A stretch of DNA of 49,631 nt, taken from positions 1 through 49,631 of IMG/VR virus record IMGVR_UViG_3300036985_009087. One strand, given 5' to 3'. A model generated the notes under the pieces. It worked only from the letters and a program-made list of their open reading frames with translations, ran no database searches and had not been told where the DNA came from. Source of the DNA: a virus. Taxonomy: Duplodnaviria; Caudoviricetes. A program made the position numbers and the translations under genes. This document shows positions 44,877 through 49,631 of this stretch, one piece after another (the stretch's first letter is position 1; each line of letters begins with the position of its first letter).

Positions 44877-45745
44877 GGAACTGTAACTGAAAGTGTTGAG
44901 TTAGCGGAAGTATAAATTGCCGTTGATCCAACGGGAAGTCCAGACAGTGTAACTGCGGCATAAGTTTGATTTGTAACTCCTTGGAAAAAACGAAATGTGG
45001 TTACTCCAGATGGAGGGGCGACATCGAACGAGACTACCAACGAGAGTCCGCCAGACTGAAATGTTGCTGTAGCCGTTGACGCGCCAACAGTCTTTTTAGC
45101 GAGGATAAAACCTGATTGTATATTTGTGGAACCAGTATAAGTAAGTGTGCCGTCAAGGTTTAAAAATCCATTTCCTCCCTTGTTTAAACTTCCTGCTCCA
45201 GATATATTGCCAGACACTGTTATTGTGTTCGCTCCCGAAGTGCGAAACTGTAGCGTTCCAGAGGTTAATACAAAATTGTTCGGCAAAGTTATATTGCCGC
45301 CAGACTGGAGTGCGCCCCCGATAGCACTAACAAAAGTCCCTGTTCCAAAAGCATTTGATACATTAAAGAAGATTGATCCAGCGTTAAATAGTGTGCCACC
45401 CGAATAAGTGTTGCTTACGCCAATATTTAGGGTTGCAGCACCCGATTTTATGAATGAACCATTTCCGCTTATTACCCCATTTAAAGTTGACGAATTTATT
45501 ATTTCAAACGCACCTTCATTTATTTTGATTGTTCCTGTGTGAGTTGCGCCTGTTCCACTTAATCGAAGTGTTCCTGTCCCGTTTTTTTCCAAATTGAGAG
45601 AACCAAGTTGTGCTGATTGCACTTGCGTAGGCGCATAGCACATGAACTGTAAGGTGCTTGGTGTCGCAGACGCAATTGCTGATACGCCTAAAGTAAAACC
45701 AGTCCCTGTACCAACTGTTGCCGAAATGGAATCCGTTAATTTCAA
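44873..45745 (-). CDS. Short PATR-repeat protein, paralog of 41317-44658
   Basis: Three K.G.G.L.L..TY.G repeats; shared C-terminal domain (RFF.G.T...YA.V.L.G...Y..ANSTL). TTG start. Confidence 0.75.
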   Translation of the reverse strand: MKLTDSISATVGTGTGFTLGVSAIASATPSTLQFMCYAPTQVQSAQLGSLNLEKNGTGTLRLSGTGATHTGTIKINEGAFEIINSSTLNGVISGNGSFIKSGAATLNIGVSNTYSGGTLFNAGSIFFNVSNAFGTGTFVSAIGGALQSGGNITLPNNFVLTSGTLQFRTSGANTITVSGNISGAGSLNKGGNGFLNLDGTLTYTGSTNIQSGFILAKKTVGASTATATFQSGGLSLVVSFDVAPPSGVTTFRFFQGVTNQTYAAVTLSGLPVGSTAIYTSANSTLSVTVP

Positions 45746-46206
45746 AGTACAATAATGTAAAGTGTGTTCTGGGAAGGAGTTGCAATTGCGTCGTATGCCG
45801 CTTGCGTTATCCGCACCATGTTGAGCAATTGGGTTCCTCCTTGTGCCACAGTTGTGTCGCTTAAAACTCCAGCGTTAGAAAGAGTGCCAGCAGACAATGA
45901 CAATCCAGTTCCGATCGAAATTTCCTGCGCAATCCCTGTTCCTGCCGCAGATCGACCAAGCAACCGATTTGTCGCCATGTTGGTTGAGATAACTGGAGTC
46001 GCGCCACCAGTGCTTGCGATTGGTGAGGTTGCTGTAACAGATGTTACTGTTCCGCTACCTCCACCTCCAGCAGTAGCCTGTTCAATGGCTACAATGAGCA
46101 AACGACGCCATTCAGCAGTGTCCAGAATTGGAGGGATCTCAGTCGGATCAATACCTGCAGCAAGCAGTGTAAGTTTGCGAAATTCAGCAGTGTCGATTGC
46201 GCTCAT
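45742..46206 (-). CDS. Head/tail fibre-like structural protein
   Basis: GGGGSGTVTSV, LLGRS.AGTG..QEISIGTGLSLSAGTL, TQAAYDAI...TLYII motifs; N-terminal (I/L)DTAE(F/W)R(K/R)L duplication. Confidence 0.7.
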   Translation of the reverse strand: MSAIDTAEFRKLTLLAAGIDPTEIPPILDTAEWRRLLIVAIEQATAGGGGSGTVTSVTATSPIASTGGATPVISTNMATNRLLGRSAAGTGIAQEISIGTGLSLSAGTLSNAGVLSDTTVAQGGTQLLNMVRITQAAYDAIATPSQNTLYIIVL

Positions 46207-46221
46207 AGGGATATATAATTA

Positions 46222-46254
46222 TGGCCATGGAGAGAATTAAACTCTCCATGGCCA
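46222..46254 (-). terminator. Perfect 13-bp inverted repeat downstream of the capsid gene (terminator/stabiliser)
   Basis: TGGCCATGGAGAG-AATTAAA-CTCTCCATGGCCA; only an AT-rich, not pure U, tail. Confidence 0.7.
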
Positions 46255-46268
46255 ATTTGATTCAGTGA

Positions 46269-47480
46269 TTACAGACCTGTGGAAGAACTTCCGACACAGT
46301 TCTCAAGACCTGTGGCAAAAGTGCAACGCTTGTAAGCAAACGGAACAACAGCATGTGGGCGGATCGGCTGATAGGCACGGCTGATCTGGTAGATGTGTTG
46401 ACCGAAATCAAGGAACAAGTTGCAATCGTTATCGCGCTGAGCAACCCACTCAAGCTCACCCATTGAGAGTTGTGGCGCGAACTTGAATGTTCCCTCGCCA
46501 CTGAAACGCTCTGGAGTGAGACGAGCAAAGCTGTCTCCACCGACCACGAAACCAATCTCGTAGTTCGCATTGATCCAAGCAGGATTGCGACGTGCACCTT
46601 TACCATTGGTAACAGTGACGCCGATTTCTGGCTCGATCAGGACTGGGCGACCTTGCGCATTAAAAGTATTGAAGCGCAGAGGTTGTGAGTCGATTCCGAG
46701 AGCAAAGCCACGATATCCCTGGAACTGATAACCAGTCAGAGCCTCGTTGCCAAGCTTGAATGAACCAGCTGTGACATAGTTGAGGTCTTCTTTGACATCA
46801 GCATCATTGCGGAAAGCCTCGATTTGATCGATGGAAGCAATCACCATGAAGTAATCTCCGTTTGCGGTGCTGAAAGGCTCGACAAGAAGATCTTCACGAA
46901 GGAGCGATCCCAACTTGTAGAGAGTTTTGAAATTCATCTGCGCATCAGGAAGCGCATTGTAGAATTTCGTGTCGATGGCTTGAGACTCTCCAGTGACAAG
47001 AGTGTCAAAGGAAAGACCTTTTTTAGCCAAGAACTTGACACCAGAACGATTCAGAAGAGTCGAACGGATATCACTGTTCATGATTTGAAGGATGCCTTTT
47101 TCCAAAGCCATTTGGGCTTGGAGGTATGCACCCTTGAACGCTGTGCGTGAGGTCTTGACACAAACACGAGGACCACGACCACGCAGAGACTGCAGCTGGT
47201 ATTGGTATTCGGTTGAGCCGACTTCATCAGCATTTGCTCCAATTCCACAAAGCTCAACATCATTTGTGAATGTTGGAGTTGCGAGACTGGACTGCATCAC
47301 TGCGCGTTCTTGAACAACAGAGCGAACAACATCCGAAACATTCGGAATGGTGCCACCCTTGAGGACGTTAATGTAGGGAGATTTGCGAGCAAGAACCTTG
47401 CCAATCTGTCCTACGATTCGGTTTGTGTCTTTTGCGGCGAAATTTTGGACCGCAGACAAGTCAATACAATCGTTTGCCAT
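46269..47480 (-). CDS. Probable major capsid protein
   Basis: 403 aa; heads the structural gene block; long upstream leader and downstream hairpin; composition typical of HK97-fold MCPs. No diagnostic motif checked. Confidence 0.7.
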   Translation of the reverse strand: MANDCIDLSAVQNFAAKDTNRIVGQIGKVLARKSPYINVLKGGTIPNVSDVVRSVVQERAVMQSSLATPTFTNDVELCGIGANADEVGSTEYQYQLQSLRGRGPRVCVKTSRTAFKGAYLQAQMALEKGILQIMNSDIRSTLLNRSGVKFLAKKGLSFDTLVTGESQAIDTKFYNALPDAQMNFKTLYKLGSLLREDLLVEPFSTANGDYFMVIASIDQIEAFRNDADVKEDLNYVTAGSFKLGNEALTGYQFQGYRGFALGIDSQPLRFNTFNAQGRPVLIEPEIGVTVTNGKGARRNPAWINANYEIGFVVGGDSFARLTPERFSGEGTFKFAPQLSMGELEWVAQRDNDCNLFLDFGQHIYQISRAYQPIRPHAVVPFAYKRCTFATGLENCVGSSSTGL

Positions 47481-47696
47481 AATAGTATTTTATTTGAGTT
47501 TTGTGCTTTGTGATGTCGTTAAACATCGTTGAGGTTGAATTTTGATGACATGATTGCCATCACCATTTTTCGTCCTCGGCACGCTAGGACTTTGTTGCGG
47601 CCAGTCTGCAGCAGTAGGTCTGATGCTCCCCAATTGCTATCGGCAATCGCTCGTGACGAATCCATACGATTAAACCATTTTTTCGGACACCTAAAT
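47481..47696 (-). promoter_or_regulatory. 216-bp non-coding leader of the capsid gene with several hairpins
   Basis: Minus-strand stems ATTGC/GCAAT, GTCCT/AGGAC, TGATGGCA/TGTCATCA, GATGT/ACATC; A-rich start region without SD. Confidence 0.45.
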
Positions 47697-48413
47697 TTAC
47701 TGCTTAGACAATAATTTTCTTTTTACCAAATTTATAGCCGTGTCATCTTTTACTCCGTGCAACCAGACGCAACCAGATTGGGTAAGATGGTCGAATTCTT
47801 TTTCAGAAAGTTCTTTTTTTCGGTAAAGATTTTGAATAACGTTTGATTTTTTCCACCCAATCCTTTCGAATTCGTCGGCAAACCATGTATCCCAAGCTTG
47901 ATTCTCTGAGCATCCAATAAATTTACCGCTCATTCTCGAAATCATAGGATGGAACATAGCGTTGCCGTTAATATGCCCGACTTCATGCTCGCCGTTGTCA
48001 TGCCAGCAGCCAACCACAGCATAATCCTTGTCCCATTCAGCGATCAACTTTTCCTGCCAGTCTTTGGAAATTGGCAGAGCATCAACTTCTGTTGTTAAAA
48101 TGAATTTGTATCTCCACTTCTTTTTTTCATGCTCATTTGCTGAATGATCCATCAAATCGCACCAGACTCCATTTGAACCACCAGGAAAGCCAACCTCACG
48201 ACGTGAAGACCTATGAATGTGGACTGTCTCGAAACATTCCTCCATTATGCTTTCCAATTTTTTGCTAGCAGGACAATCTCGTCTGTAAACAATGCAGCAA
48301 TCTGCACAACCAAAGTGCTGATCTCCTGCCATGTCGGCAAGCAATCTTGCAATCTTTATGGCTTGTGGAATTTCATCTTGATAAACTTGCAATGCGTATA
48401 GGAATGTTTTCAT
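47697..48413 (-). CDS. Putative GT-A-like glycosyltransferase
   Basis: FILTTEVDALP (ExD), HINGNAMF, WD, WLHGVKD motifs; clustered with another GT and a methyltransferase. Confidence 0.55.
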   Translation of the reverse strand: MKTFLYALQVYQDEIPQAIKIARLLADMAGDQHFGCADCCIVYRRDCPASKKLESIMEECFETVHIHRSSRREVGFPGGSNGVWCDLMDHSANEHEKKKWRYKFILTTEVDALPISKDWQEKLIAEWDKDYAVVGCWHDNGEHEVGHINGNAMFHPMISRMSGKFIGCSENQAWDTWFADEFERIGWKKSNVIQNLYRKKELSEKEFDHLTQSGCVWLHGVKDDTAINLVKRKLLSKQ

Positions 48414-49102
48414 TTCAGTATTTCTTGTATTTGTTGTTTTGCACTTTCAATTCCACCCCATGACCAATGTTGTGTTATGAACACGTCCATTTCGCTAGGA
48501 AGCAACCAAGTGAATTTTTCGTTATGCAGCTTGTTTGCCCACTGACCGACAGTGTTAAACTCGCTAAATTGTCTGAATGGCTGCGAACATACCCATGTTT
48601 CCAGATCGTGTTTCTGGTTCTGTTTTATCCATTTTCTAAATTCAGGATAAATCCAAGATGGATAGATTATTGGCATCCTGCGCATGTATTCTCGCGTGTC
48701 AAACCAACCAAGAGTTATTCTGGCTATCTCTTGCCAAGGCGACTGAACATTTTCCTCATAAAGTATAACTGGCTTATCGTGCCTGAAGAAATCCTCAGGA
48801 CGAGTTTCTTTTGTGAATATGCAATCGCTATCAACATGAAGAATGTAATCTGCTTTGCAGAAATTGTCAGCATACAACTTTGTCACTTGCTGGGCCAAGT
48901 ATCCTTCACAGTTGTCGCATGTCCCGTGAACCAGCTCGTCCTGGCAGAAATTTATTTTTTCTTTGTCGCCATGTGGAACAACTATGACGACAGAGTTGAA
49001 TCCTTTGCAGAATTTCCTGATGCTCTGAAGACAATAGTAAAGCCACTCAAAGTCTTTTTCGTAAGAACGAATGAAGATGTCTACCTTGAGTTCGGTTTGC
49101 AT
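48410..49102 (-). CDS. GT-A-like glycosyltransferase (DUF6492-like)
   Basis: DIFIRSY, GYLAQQVTKL, ILHVDSD (DxD), FSEFNTVG. Confidence 0.7.
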   Translation of the reverse strand: MQTELKVDIFIRSYEKDFEWLYYCLQSIRKFCKGFNSVVIVVPHGDKEKINFCQDELVHGTCDNCEGYLAQQVTKLYADNFCKADYILHVDSDCIFTKETRPEDFFRHDKPVILYEENVQSPWQEIARITLGWFDTREYMRRMPIIYPSWIYPEFRKWIKQNQKHDLETWVCSQPFRQFSEFNTVGQWANKLHNEKFTWLLPSEMDVFITQHWSWGGIESAKQQIQEILK

Positions 49103-49629
49103 AAGATATCATACTGGGCACCGACTTCTGGGAACTCTTGAATGGAATAATTCATCGATAAAATGAGGGAATAAATTTCTCCTTCACAAGTGCCATTTTG
49201 CTCAAGTGCACCAGCATTAATTTCAATCCACATCACTGGCCTGAATTTTTCAATCATCTTCTGAGCACCAATCAGAGCTTTCAACTCATGGCCTTCAACA
49301 TCCATCTTCAAGAAGTTCAACTTGTCAATTGAAAGAGTGTCCAGAGGAACAGTTTGAATTTTGTCCATTCCGCTCCTGGAAATTCTTCCTGCTCCTGCAT
49401 TGTCACTCTTTGAATAATTTGCAAATTCATACTTGTCAGAAACTCCGACATTAAAATTCAATGCCTCTGGACAATTGTGCTTGAGGCACTCGAATGCTTC
49501 TGGGCTCGGCTCAAAAGCATAGACCTGTCCTGTTGGCCCAACTGCTTTTATGTAAGCAGCAGTGTGATCGCCAATGAATGCCCCAGCATCAATGACATTG
49601 TCTCCTGACTTGATGTGTTGGAGGATTAT
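49081..49629 (-). CDS. FkbM family SAM-dependent methyltransferase; 5' truncated by window edge
   Basis: Frame stays open to the edge: VIDAGAFIGDHT..VYAFEPSP; C-terminal LKMDVEGHE..LIGA..I...RP. Confidence 0.9.
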   Translation of the reverse strand: MILQHIKSGDNVIDAGAFIGDHTAAYIKAVGPTGQVYAFEPSPEAFECLKHNCPEALNFNVGVSDKYEFANYSKSDNAGAGRISRSGMDKIQTVPLDTLSIDKLNFLKMDVEGHELKALIGAQKMIEKFRPVMWIEINAGALEQNGTCEGEIYSLILSMNYSIQEFPEVGAQYDILCKPNSR

Positions 49630-49631
49630 CG

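Noticed and set aside
41317-45100. Paralogous C-termini of the PATR genes as a DGR template/variable repeat pair
   Set aside because: No reverse transcriptase in the window, and divergence is general with indels rather than adenine-specific.
47560-47605. Hammerhead-ribozyme-like GTCCT..AGGACGAAA on the minus strand
   Set aside because: The required CUGANGA core is absent upstream of the stem.
1-49631. CRISPR array, tRNA/rRNA, integrase or transposase, intein/intron, stop-codon reassignment
   Set aside because: No regularly spaced repeats, cloverleaf or recombinase motifs seen by eye; polymerase and helicase are uninterrupted; genes tile densely in the standard code.

Overview
A 49.6-kb fragment of a tailed dsDNA phage genome with two convergent arms; terminase and portal lie outside the window. 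The + arm (1-14411) carries base-modification and nucleotide-metabolism genes (PLP enzyme, dCMP deaminase, Nudix, dNMP kinase, thymidylate-synthase homolog). It also carries replication genes (DUF2800-type nuclease, family A DNA polymerase, primase-helicase) and early genes behind a repeated promoter motif. The - arm (14389-49631) carries glycosyl/methyltransferases, a probable major capsid protein, PATR beta-helix adhesins, a lysis cassette, podovirus-like tail proteins, small internal virion proteins and a 3936-aa polyvalent protein. The best candidate for an undescribed system is that giant protein. An HExxH-containing core is followed by effector modules (three ADP-ribosyltransferase-like domains, a GNAT, two copies of an unknown D-x6-HNT domain) separated by six [SN][FY]MP motifs. 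One module boundary coincides with a sharp CpG-content switch, suggesting exchangeable and/or cleavable cassettes. Other leads: a possible cytosine-directed hypermodification pathway, a Ser-less ACP mimic, an unannotated Rmf-like ORF, an H-type pseudoknot, MGG.../...R[IF]G(G) virion proteins and a genome-wide CpG mosaic. All family calls are from motif recognition by eye; no searches were run.
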